A stretch of DNA of 64,000 bases from Vermamoeba vermiformis. Lineage: Eukaryota. This document shows positions 1-10,792 of the stretch, one piece after another. The stretch is taken from positions 124,001 through 188,000 of the forward strand of contig JBEWZL010000121.1 of NCBI GenBank assembly GCA_045837725.1. The letters run 5' to 3'. The position numbers and the translations under genes were made by a program. The notes under the pieces were generated by a model. That model was not told the DNA's origin. It ran no database searches and saw nothing but the letters and a program-made list of their open reading frames with translations. Within the stretch, counting starts at the first letter, position 1. Every line of letters begins with the position of its first letter.

Positions 1-251
1 TGCCACGAGAACTTACATTTTAAATCTGCATGCGTTTTTTGTAACGGCTATATTCCTTGCAAACGACCAGGTCTTGCCTCGAACTGCTCGTGAACTGAGT
101 ATATATTATGCTTCTATCCTCCTTTTCCGCTAAGGGACTAACTCAGTGTCTCCTTTTTCGAGTCTTTAAAAAAAAAAAAACCGTTTCTCGATTTAATTTT
201 AAACCTGCTGCGCTACACATCACCTAATCCAATCGTATTATAGCAGCAACA

Positions 252-2933
252 ATGGAGAAGAATGGGCTTGAAGTAGACCACAACGTGCCGCACTCCATCT
301 GGCTTTACCTTCCAACAGAACTGTGGTTTCAAATATTTCAATGGTTAAGAGCTACTCGATATATAGCATTAATAGGCGCATTATCGAAAGGCTTCAGAGA
401 GTTCATGATAGAGTATTTTAAATCCGTTGGTCCGTGGATGAACAAAAATATGAACGTTGCGATTGTTGGTGCTCCTGCAGTTGGTAAGTTGATTAAACAT
501 TAATAATATAATAATATCTTTAGTATTATTTGAGTTAAAATTTATTTTTGCGAGCAATTTTAGATCAGCTGATATTTTGCGAATTTTCAAAGAATGCCAA
601 TTGTACCTTCTAACGCTTATTATAGGAAAAACCACTATGCTTGCTCACCTTTTTCTTCAATCACGCCTAAATAACATCGAGCATCGATTCGCCAATTTCA
701 TGGCAAAAAACAATAAGCTGCCCGTAACATCGCATTATAATTCGTTCCTTAATGCTCGCAATGCTAAACATCCTATAACATATACGCAACATATTCGACC
801 TTTTTACTTCGACACTAGTCTGCACCACTTTACCTTTTTTGATAGTCCCGGATGTGCACGACGATTAATCACTGCGTATCGTATTTGCTCTCAAGTAAGC
901 AATATATTACCACATTATATGATTTAAATGCTTATTTGTACGCAATTATAGGTTAATACCGCTATTTTGGTGCTTCAACGCAAACAAGAGCTCGATCTGG
1001 ACTGGTTAATCAGTGGTGTAACTGCAGTATGGACGTCATTAACGCACTCGCACTTTATTATTGCCGTCAATTATAGCCACGGTATTTTTACTCAACCTAG
1101 TAAGTACTCGCACGAAAAAAAGGATCGTACTAGTACCTTAAAAATTCATAATTTATTTTTCTTTGCTTTGAGCTTAAAAATAGTGTCATTAATATAAGGA
1201 GCGCTAATACGGCCTATATTTAATATTGGAAGGATTATTAATGATAATTTGCTTTAGATTGGGAAGCAGATCAAAAACTACTTTACGAGAAATTGGTTAA
1301 GGCAGTGCCTGCAAAGTTGCTTTCTAATATTAAACTGATTCCGATCAACGCACTTGAAGGGTTTAATGTTTACTCGCCTCATGCCGGCATCGATGACTCG
1401 AACATCTGGTAAGTCGGTTAATCAGCTTCAAAATTCAATTTTATACAGAAATTATTATTTAAGTCCTATACGTCTTAATTTGTGATATATAAATATAGGT
1501 ATAACGGCCCTACATTATATCGAGCATTACATGCTATATGGGAGAAGTTGGAATATCCTGCCGAACGGATCGAGAAGCCGTTTTCGATGACAGTCCTTCG
1601 CCCTATGAAAGTTGGTGGAGTAGGACCCATTATTGCCGGAGCAGTTAATAGTAAGGAGATTAGAATCATATTTGACGTTTAAGCCAAATCTAAAAAATAT
1701 TTCCTTTTTAGGCGGATGTCTCAAACCCGGAATGAAACTTCGCGTTTGCTGCTCTGGTTTCCCAGCGACTCCATTAGTAGTTCATTCTATCCAGCATAAT
1801 GGCAGAAATATGGACGAAGCTAAACCCTCCGATTATATTGGAATTTCATTCACATCCGCTTCAAGAACTCAAATAACCGGCTGGAACATACTCGAAAAAG
1901 TCAAATATGGCATGATAGTGGCCGATAATAATAATCCTCCGAAGAGAGTCAAGTCGTTTACGGCGGCTATTGCTATCGTAAGTAGTCACAAGAATTTCGT
2001 ACAAAAAAATATCGAATTTTATTCTCCGGAGCGTTTTTCGGCATTACAATCACGAAGTTAAATTAGCACTATGAACGGTCTATAATAATTAGTCTTTTCA
2101 AATATTTATTCCAAAAGTTTTGGTACCGCGTACCTACACTACTTTTGATGACAAAAAATCTACTGTAATTGCAAGTTGAGTACTCGCAAGTAGTTGAATG
2201 GGTAGTAGGTGCCCTTGTTAGCAAGTAGTGACCCGAACACGACGTTGCAGCAGGTCTCGGGCACGACCACACTAACAAGAATGCACCGCTTCCCGTCCGA
2301 TCAGCGAAGTTAAGCTTGTTCAGGCCTTCTTAGTACTGGGGTAGGAGACTACCTGGGAATCGGAGGTGTTGTGCTCTTTACTTTTTTGCTTTTTGCGACC
2401 GTTCATAGTGCTTTTTATTCTAAGAACCAACGAGCGCAACATGCGATCCACATCCGCATTCCGCTGACATTTTTGTTTTGCACAGACGTCTTCTAGAGCT
2501 GGTCAGCTTCGGGAAGGGCAACAGTACAAGGCTATTTATCAAGGAAATCACATCTTTGTCGTGTTCAAAACTTTTGTTCAAGTCCTCGACAAGGATCACA
2601 AAGAGGTCACTCGAAAAAACCTTCATCCAGGTAACCCTTCATTCCGATAATTATTATTATTTAATTACTCTGTTTAATTTTATTTATTAAACTATGATTA
2701 TTTGTGCAGGCGATTCGTGCTTAGCATTGTGCATCCCGACGCAAGAGATGTGGACGTACCCCAAGACCAACAACAGAAATCAAAAGAAGGACGGACGCGA
2801 TGTAATATTGTTCACCACTCAACGCCGCATATCCGCTGTTGGTCGTATTGATGCGATAACTTTCTTTGAAGATAACGAAGTTGCTCAGCAACCGAAACAA
2901 TTTGCTCATGGAAGACAACCTGAAATAAAATAA
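252..2933 (+). CDS. F-box domain fused to a divergent eEF1A/HBS1-like translational GTPase (domains I-III), multi-exon
   Basis: N-terminal F-box-like LPTELWFQIFQWL. Spliced P-loop GAPAVG|KTT (intron 484-625), DSPG (G3), IPINALEG..WYNGPTL, KPFSMTVLRPMKVGGVG, domain II VHSIQHNGRNMDEAKPSDYIG. After intron 1978-2485, domain III reads TSSRAGQLREG...LHPGDSCL...ISAVGRI, stop 2931-2933. Confidence 0.8.
2259..2377 (+). rRNA. 5S rRNA gene (copy 1), inside intron 1978-2485 of the F-box/EF1A-like gene
   Basis: 119 nt with GGGCACGAC...GTTGTGCTC terminal helix, conserved CCCGTCCGATC, GAAGTTAAGC, TTAGTACTGG and CCTGGGAAT, followed by oligo-T Pol III terminators. Confidence 0.95.
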
Positions 2934-3645
2934 GCGATGGAAAATTAGCATATTATGTAACGGATAAGTATTAATATTTATGAATAATATGAATAAATTG
3001 TAAAATAAATAAATTAAACGCACGAGACGTGTTCGTTTGTTGAGAGAGAGACAATAAAATCGCGCGTACAGACAAATAAATTGACCGTACTTAATAATGA
3101 CATTCGTCACAATTAATATTGAAGTAATATGGTTTATCGTAGCCGTATTCGTGGTTTCATTTTTAGTCAAGTTTGTTTTTATGTGCCGTTGAAGTATTTC
3201 GCATAAGGCTGTGTATATTTAAAGCACACGAGGTACGGTAATCATAGAATTATAATAACGAGGTAAATATCGTAACAGGTGTGGAATAACAGATTCGTTT
3301 TACTTGAAAAATTAGTCAGAGAGCTCCTTCTGTTATAATATTATAATATTATTTTATGCACGTAAGCAATATTCCTATTATTTAAATTAATTAATTACCT
3401 CTATGGTGGGGGTCTGTGAATCTGCAGATGCGATTATTTTAAAATCCCAATTTATTTAAAATATGAAATTGCCGGAATTATGATCACATATATTTTAGTT
3501 ATGCATTTAACTGAATCAATAATTCAAAATTATTGCAGATATTTGGCAATGCCGAAACGATTTTATTCGAAAGCTATTTACAGAGCTTATTCTTACATGA
3601 GTTCAATTTACATATCATTACATTAATATCCATCGGTAATATTAA

Positions 3646-4048
3646 TTAGTACCGCTCAGGATTGAATTCGTGCAATTTTTCAGCGAGCTCCCAAAAGTCT
3701 CGGATCTGAATAATTTGCAACAGCTCTTCAAATGATACTTGACCATTGCCATCAGTATCAGCCATCTTGAATAGCTCTTCGGGGAATTTCCAGCGCGATT
3801 CTGGCGTGTTTATCTCAACACGAGATCCTTTTCCAAGGATCTTGACAAAATCGATTGCGAATCTGCGGAACTCAGCGCTGTTTAAGAAGCCTCTATTATC
3901 TCTATCATATTGTTTAAGCACCTTCTGCACTTTATTCTTATTCGTTGGCTCTTTGACTGCCGCTGACACGACTTTCATGTCGTTACCCTACATCCGCTGT
4001 CAATTTTCTTTTCATCGCTAATTACAAATTATTTTTTATACTTACCAT
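3646..4048 (-). CDS. Small EF-hand Ca2+-binding protein, probably N-myristoylated (copy A)
   Basis: ATG-only first exon 4046-4048 and intron 3988-4045 give MGNDMKVVS. EF loops DRDNRGFLNSAE and DTDGNGQVSFEE. Confidence 0.85.
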
Positions 4049-5199
4049 ATTGTTTGATACGTTGTGTTCGTTTCAATGAGCTTTAGTAATGTATCAAAAA
4101 CGTTCAGTTTAAATTCAATTCAGTCGACACCAAATTTAGCTTCGGTTCCGTGAATTGATTTAAATTCTGATATTTGAAACAATTTATTTGAATATTCATA
4201 GATGTGTGCGATCAAGTATAATATTGCTAAACTCTTATATTATTATTAATCGTTCATCACGACGTGGTAGCAATCTTTCAAAACTGGATCTCAATCCGTA
4301 GCTCGAATTCCCAAACTTCTTTAATTGGCATTGTTAAGCAGAGTCGAAACAGTCCCTCTCATACTTAATGTACCTTTCAGGTAAGTACATATTGCATGAC
4401 GAATACTGATTGGTTTTAATCTAAATTGATTTTCGACCAGGGCCAGTCGTGCCACCAAAAGCGCTCAACCTCGCTTCTGATTGGTCGACGCAGCTGCGCG
4501 TCACCCTGCGGCAAGTTCTTTATTTCCGGGGGGAAGTAAGACTTCTAGCTGTTAAATCGCTTTAGTTGTTTTACTTCTCGATTGCACTAAGACGTTTTAA
4601 TCAGCAGCAAATAACCAACTGACTATCACTACTGATTCTTAGTATCGTTCCGAGCTCGTGGCCCAAGCTTTAGCGAAGCACTCGCCGCCAGTTGATTTTT
4701 GCACGTTATTCCGACAATAAGTAAGTGTAGGCGATTACGTTATCAATTGCAATGGATTACTAACATTATCTTATTATTGTAGCATTATGTAATCGCAAAC
4801 GAGGTCGCCTAATATGGTTAGTCGGTAAATTTAAACTTTAAATTTTAGATCACAGGCGAATTCAATATACAAACTTTCAATCTCGCCTCGCTGGTATCCT
4901 CTTGATCCATAGTCATCATTATACCTGCTGCCATGGTTAGTTTGGCATTTCGCCCCGACCGGATCCAGCGCGGTATTTTGTACGGTTTATCAAAACTAAA
5001 GCTCCAACCTGGCCCTATAGCAACTCTTATTATCACGAGGTATTGACGTTTATATGAAGTACTAATTGATAGTATTATTTGGGCCACAGGAAGGTGTGAA
5101 TTAGCTTAGCCCCAATTCGCCTGGAAGATTTTGACAAAAGCGATGGGGTATAAAGAAAGGTATTAATTTACATAAAATTACAGTAGTATACAAGCAATA

Positions 5200-5601
5200 C
5201 TAATACTTCTCTGGGCAGAATTCATGCAATTTTTCAGCGAGTTCCCAAAAGTCTCGGATCTGAAGTATGCGCAACAGCTCTTCAAATGATACTTGACCAT
5301 TGCCATCAGTATCAGCCATCTTGAATAGCTCTTCAGGGAATTTCCAAGTGGACTCTGGTGTGTTTATAGCGACGTGAGCTTTTCCAAGGACCTTTACAAA
5401 ATCGATCGCGAATCTGCGAAACTCCGAACTTTTCAAGTAGCCTCTGTTGCCTTTATCGTATCGCCTGAACATTTTTCTTATCTTTCGATCATTATTTGGC
5501 TCTTCAATGGCTTCTGAAATAACTTGCATGTCGTTACCCTGCATGCGGACGCTCTTAATTTATTTCAACACTAATTAAGAACCGAAAACGATACTTACCA
5601 T
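5200..5601 (-). CDS. Small EF-hand Ca2+-binding protein, probably N-myristoylated (copy B, tandem paralogue)
   Basis: ATG-only first exon 5599-5601 gives MGNDMQVISE. EF loops DKGNRGYLKSSE and DTDGNGQVSFEE. C-terminal half nearly identical to copy A. Confidence 0.85.
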
Positions 5602-6059
5602 CTTGTTTGTTAGGTTATTATCTTGATACAATGTTATGGAAGCAATTCGCAAGTTTAAAATTAAAACTAGACAGTGACACGTGCGAACCAGGTGAGTGAA
5701 ATTTCACTGAAGACGAAATAGCATAAAGGCAAGCCACGTCGAATGCTACTAAGTAGTTACCTTAATTACTCATTATGGTCCTTTTCGATAGGGCGTAAGT
5801 ACGGGGCATGTCGGAGGTTTGACTCGCTAATGGCACTCCCAGGTATACAAAGGTTCTTTAGGTACTATCTATGTAATTGAGTGCTCTATAAATCTTGTCG
5901 TATTGCAAACAAAACAACTGATTTTACTTTCGCTATATTGTTTCACAGGCGAATTTGATTGGGCGAATTCAAGATTACCAATAATAACTCCGCGACAAGC
6001 GATATTATTATACTACTATATTAGCTAGAGATGCACTCTAGATTTGACTATTGTCACCG

Positions 6060-8265
6060 CTACTTATTAACTCGGTTCTCTTTGCCTCTACTACGGGTGC
6101 TAGATCTGGTCACCATCGTTGGTTTGGCGGGTGATTTGGGCTTAGCTACACGTGACTTGGCTGCTGCTGGAGCACGTGACTTGGCTGCCGCTGGAGCACG
6201 TGACTGCGATAAAGCCTTTGCTGCTTGTACCGCTTGCGCTACTTTCTTGGCATTTTGTTCCGTGAAAAATTTTTCTGCCAGCGCCACGTGGTCGTCAGCT
6301 TTGTTAATCAAGTGATTGTTATAGTCCACTCGTTTGCCCTAGAATCGATTTCTTAGCTATTAGTTTTGATAGATACCATATTTAGAAATTAGTTAGGTTC
6401 GTCATAAAATTTTGAAATAAGGGTTCGAGTCTCGAAATTTTTAATCTGGATCTGGTACGTACCACAAAAGTGCACCCAAACTTGCTAAACGGACACGTGA
6501 TTGGTCGAACCGGACACACATTTTTCGAATGTTCATCACGTTTTTCACGTGTTGTGGTCGCTCCACATGATTTACACGCGACAGGAAATTTGAGGCACTC
6601 AGAAAGGTGATTCTGTTATTATTAAATATTAGTATAATTATTCTAATAATAGCGTCGTATCCGTAAAATTGTACCTCCAATTGCTCGTGCATAAAGTTCA
6701 GTTTACAGTATTTGCAAGGAACGACTCGTTTGGGACAATCTTGCGCTAAATGATCGCTGTACTTGTAGCGACGAATTTTAGCACCGCAATTTTTCCTGTA
6801 AATTATTCAGGTTATTATTCAGACTATTAATGGATTGGATTTGCCCAACTTACCCACAGCGGACGTAGGCGTACGGGCACTTGGTAAGGTGGGCACTAAC
6901 ATCCCCGCGAGTAAGCTTTGCTTTGCAACCGCGTTTAAAGTGAGGGCACTGAGCTGGAAGATTATCAACAAGCCTGGATTCAATTTTTAGCGAATCCGCA
7001 AATAAATTTCCTTCGTTGTTGCTTATTTAACAAAATTACCGTTGTACAGGAACATTTTGAGCAACACTTTTCTTGGTTATGGCTTTGCGGCAGGACGGAC
7101 AAGTCTTACTTCGCGTCATCCAGTCTGTAATGCACTCTACAGCCATAAAAAAATTAGTACTAAGCCTTATTTTAATATGGCATATTTAATATAATATTAT
7201 TTAGCCAAACAGAAGAGTTTCGGCAGGGATCTTACTCTGACAATAGCATTGATGGCAACAGAGCGTTTCATGGGCGTCATGAAGCTTATCGTGACATATA
7301 ACGCAGTCAAAATTCGTTCCGTCCATCTCCTTACTTGGTGCACGTTCGACAGTTTGAAGATGACAAAAGATTTTTTTGAGCGATCTGGTGCAATTAGGCA
7401 GCGAAGGGAATTTTCGGGTCCAATCCTGAGGTAAAGCACTAAACCGATTATACTACTATTAACTACTAAGTGGCTAAACAAACAAATTGATTTGGCTGTT
7501 AGTTTCGTCCATTGAAATTCTGAAGCTCGTTCCTCCAATGGATCCTAAATTGCAACTACCGCGCAATAGAAGAAACATATGGCACGACTTTTGCCAAGTG
7601 TGCATCAATGAGTCCCTACCGTCAGCGCCACATTGCCGCGTTGTGCGCGAGGAAGTCGCCATCCTGAAAACAATTTGATCAGATCGAGTGCAAAGTAATA
7701 ACATTAATAACACGCCTTTTGGATGGGAATATTTTTGCAATGGTTTTTTTAACCGTCAAATAAGCGGCATGTGCAGCAAGAGGTTTCCACGCGGTATTTT
7801 TAACACATCCAAATCAATTATGCACTCTGCCTAACAATTAGTACTGCCGTTTTGCTTAGTACGTATTATAGTAATTTATTAGATTATATTCTGATTTTTC
7901 GGTGCAGAAATAAAAGACAAATGGATCAAGATCAAGATCTTTTTGCTACCAACACTTGAATTGAAAATAGAGCATCTCAGATGCGCATCTTGCAAAGTAT
8001 ATTGGACTATTATTATGATGGAGAGACGTTTTATTAGCCGCTCAAAGGATACAAACTCAATTAGATCTGATCCAGCCACAGCCAGTCTCAAGCTCGTCGA
8101 ACAGCAAATACAACTACGACATAGATTTATGATAACTTCAATTTTTGTTATCGAATTGTCTTGCGATCTATCTCAACAGATATCTGGTGTCAAAAATGTC
8201 ATAAGGCAATCACCAACATCCTCGAAAGTCAGCCACTCCTCGTGCCAGCATTGAATACAAGACAT
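6060..8265 (-). CDS. RING finger plus TRAF-type zinc-finger protein (putative E3 ligase) with a basic Ala/Lys-rich tail; 5' end above ~7670 uncertain
   Basis: Spliced translation gives CVICHDKLHDAHETLCCHQCYCQECITDWMTRSKTCPSCR (RING). TRAF fingers follow: CPHFKRGCKAKLTRGDVSAHLTKCPY, CGAKIRRYKYSDHLAQDCPKRVVPCKYC, CPFSKFGCTFV|GKRVDYNNHL. The last exon is ORF 6060-6338. Confidence 0.8.
6149..6205. repeat. 24-bp coding tandem repeat (~2.4 units) encoding SRAPAAAK
   Basis: cacgtgacttggctgc(t/c)gctggag twice plus a partial unit. Confidence 0.9.
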
Positions 8266-8472
8266 ATAAATAAGTAAAGTAATAGAGAAATTGTGGCATT
8301 GAATCAATTTTGTCGGTTAAGAAGGGGACTGACAAGCTGTTGGCACCAAAAATCACAAATCAAAAGCCTCATTTGTGTCATTCAATCAAAGTGAAATGAT
8401 TGGTAATCACATAACGCCTTATTAACGCAATATTCAACCAGTTTTATGCAGATGAGAAGAAGCACATCTGCG

Positions 8473-10464
8473 ATGAAACTGATTTATCTTGTGATTACTG
8501 GCAAGTAACGGATGAATCAAATCTTTTTTTCTTAAAATACTTATATTTCTATATTAATCGATGTTCTTTTAGTATTTTTAAGCTCGGCAGTTGCGTTGGA
8601 AATAATATTCACCAGAAGATCTAGCTTCAACGGTACCGGATCAGCATAAAAATATGATCAGATAGCGCAATATAATAAGACCTAGTACTAATATATTCTA
8701 TTTAGACGTTTTTATCGCCACGTATTTGGTGGGTTGGTCCGACAGTTTGGGATTTCGACTTGACCGGCGAACTTGTTTCCATAAACAGCTCAGACGTAGC
8801 CAATAAGTAAGTATTAATCAGTTCTATATATTTATAATAATATTGATCGATTCATATTAGATTGTTTTGAGTCGCAATTATGAAAACTCAGAGATCGAAG
8901 ATCTATGGAAAAGAAATGCATTAGGAGCTGTATTATACTCAGGCCATTCACCACGTAATTATAACCAGCATTGCGCATCCAAAAATTTCGCCTTTTGAGC
9001 ACAAGATCTTAAATTCCATTTTTAGAAAAAACGTTTTCGGAGACGTTTCCGAATTAACCCGATTTGTATATCAGTGGATATACCAGGAATAACCAATTAC
9101 ATGCTCGATCGACCTCAACACGACATTCTCTTGCCAACGGTGACGATTTCAATTTTTTCTTTCGATCAGCTGCGAACCTGGATCGAGGATGAAGGCAGAA
9201 ATATTGCTATAAGAGTAACGTCACGCGGTAAGCATTAATATTATGGATTAGAATATTTTCTGGCCTGAGAAGAAAGAAAATAAATTTCTGATCTGGTTTT
9301 TGTTTTGTTAGATCCGAATCCGTGGGACGAGATGATGCAATCGGGTGCTATGATATTCTTCTCCGTATTCATGTCAGCCTTTACATTACTCTGCATTGGT
9401 CTTGCGTCGTACAAATTGGCCATGTTTGTCAAAGCGAAAGGATGTCAACAGTCGATTCCTCAAACGATGCTCATTTTGGAAATTATTGCCAATACGAGTA
9501 CGTACTATTTAAAAATATTACTAAGGAGCGAAATATAATGCTACTAATCACAATTGTAGTCCGATTTTTCTCTTGTGTTGTGGATCCGCTACAATCCCGA
9601 GGAATATTGCCTTATGCCCTCAATCAGGTCTTATTCTCCGTTCATTGGCCATTTGCATTGATGAATATTCTATTGATCAGCTTGTACTGGTACGATTTTT
9701 TTTTTGACACTTTGACACTTTGACATTTCATCGTTGACACGTTCAATTTTTAGGCACGAGTTAATGACTAAGACTTCTATGAATGTTATAACGTTCTTAG
9801 ATAAGTTAAAAATACCGTTTTGGTGCATTTTTGCGGTCATTTTGGCCTCAGAATTCACCGCAGGAATGTTACGAGGATTTGGCTTGGCTATCAAAGTGTT
9901 CAGAAACCCTTTTGTAGTGTTAGCCTGTGGATATATGTTGATTGGACTAGCATGCGTCATATTCTATATTTATACCGGTACAACGCTGACGCAAACGATG
10001 AGAAGATCCTCGGCAGAGTTGATGGCTTCGAACAAAGTCAAACGCCTCAATAGGGTAAGATATATTATTAAATTAACAATGATATCATACTGAAAGTAAA
10101 AGTTAAATCGAATCGATAATAGTAACGAAATTAAATTTCTGGATCTGATCTAAATTTTTTGCCGTTACAAAGAGACTAATATTTTCTTATTTAGACTTCA
10201 AAATATATCTACGCCAGTTCAGCCGGTGTTATTTGTTGGTTAGTCGCAATCGCCATCGGCGGACTAACAGATACGTTGTGGTTGCCTTGGGGCTATTTCG
10301 GAGTTTGGTTCGCTCAATTCTTTTTGACTACCTTCATTAGTCTCACGCAACAATTGGCCATTCAAGAACCGAATTCAATTTGTGCTCGAGTCAAGACTTC
10401 GAGAGGTAGTTCTGAGGCAACAACTAGCAAACGTAGAAAACGATTGTCAGCAAAAGCAACGTAA
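8473..10464 (+). CDS. Signal peptide + PA-like ectodomain + seven-transmembrane (GPCR-like) protein; apparent indel(s) in the 5' exons
   Basis: MKLIYLVITVFLSSAVA signal, using a GC donor at ~8501. PA-like LTGELV..IVLSR..ALGAVLY..LPTVTIS. Then DPNPW and seven hydrophobic segments up to the stop at 10464. Confidence 0.7.
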
Positions 10465-10792
10465 ATTATTGTCTTAAGTTGAAGAACAAACCCCAATATG
10501 ATTTGTTCCGTAACTGTTTTATTAATAACGCGTATTTGGCCGTATTTTTTTCCGACGGATTTTTGCAATGGAATATTCTTCGACCTTTCCTCAAATACAG
10601 CTGAGGGTTTTTATGGCCGATTAACTGGGCAACTTTTAAAGCTAACATCAATTAATTATGTGCCCGAACGGCAGAGAGTGCATCGTTCGTTCATGTCTTG
10701 GTAAAACTTTTTTTGTTTTTTGTTTTTTGTATTAAATTGCGCAACACCACAAGTCACAACAAACGCTTGCGTTCAATTAAGCTGTGACAAGC

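Noticed and set aside
4038-4047. ATACTTACC resembling the U1 snRNA 5' end (also near 5591)
   Set aside because: These are reverse complements of minus-strand splice donors, and no U1 body follows.
4300-5100. Possible spliced gene between the EF-hand paralogues
   Set aside because: Splice-like signals are present, but I could only build short unrecognisable peptides.
6060-6379. Stand-alone histone-H1/protamine-like gene
   Set aside because: The exon continues the TRAF finger of the upstream gene in frame (GCTFV|GKRVDYNNHL), so it is better read as that gene's last exon.
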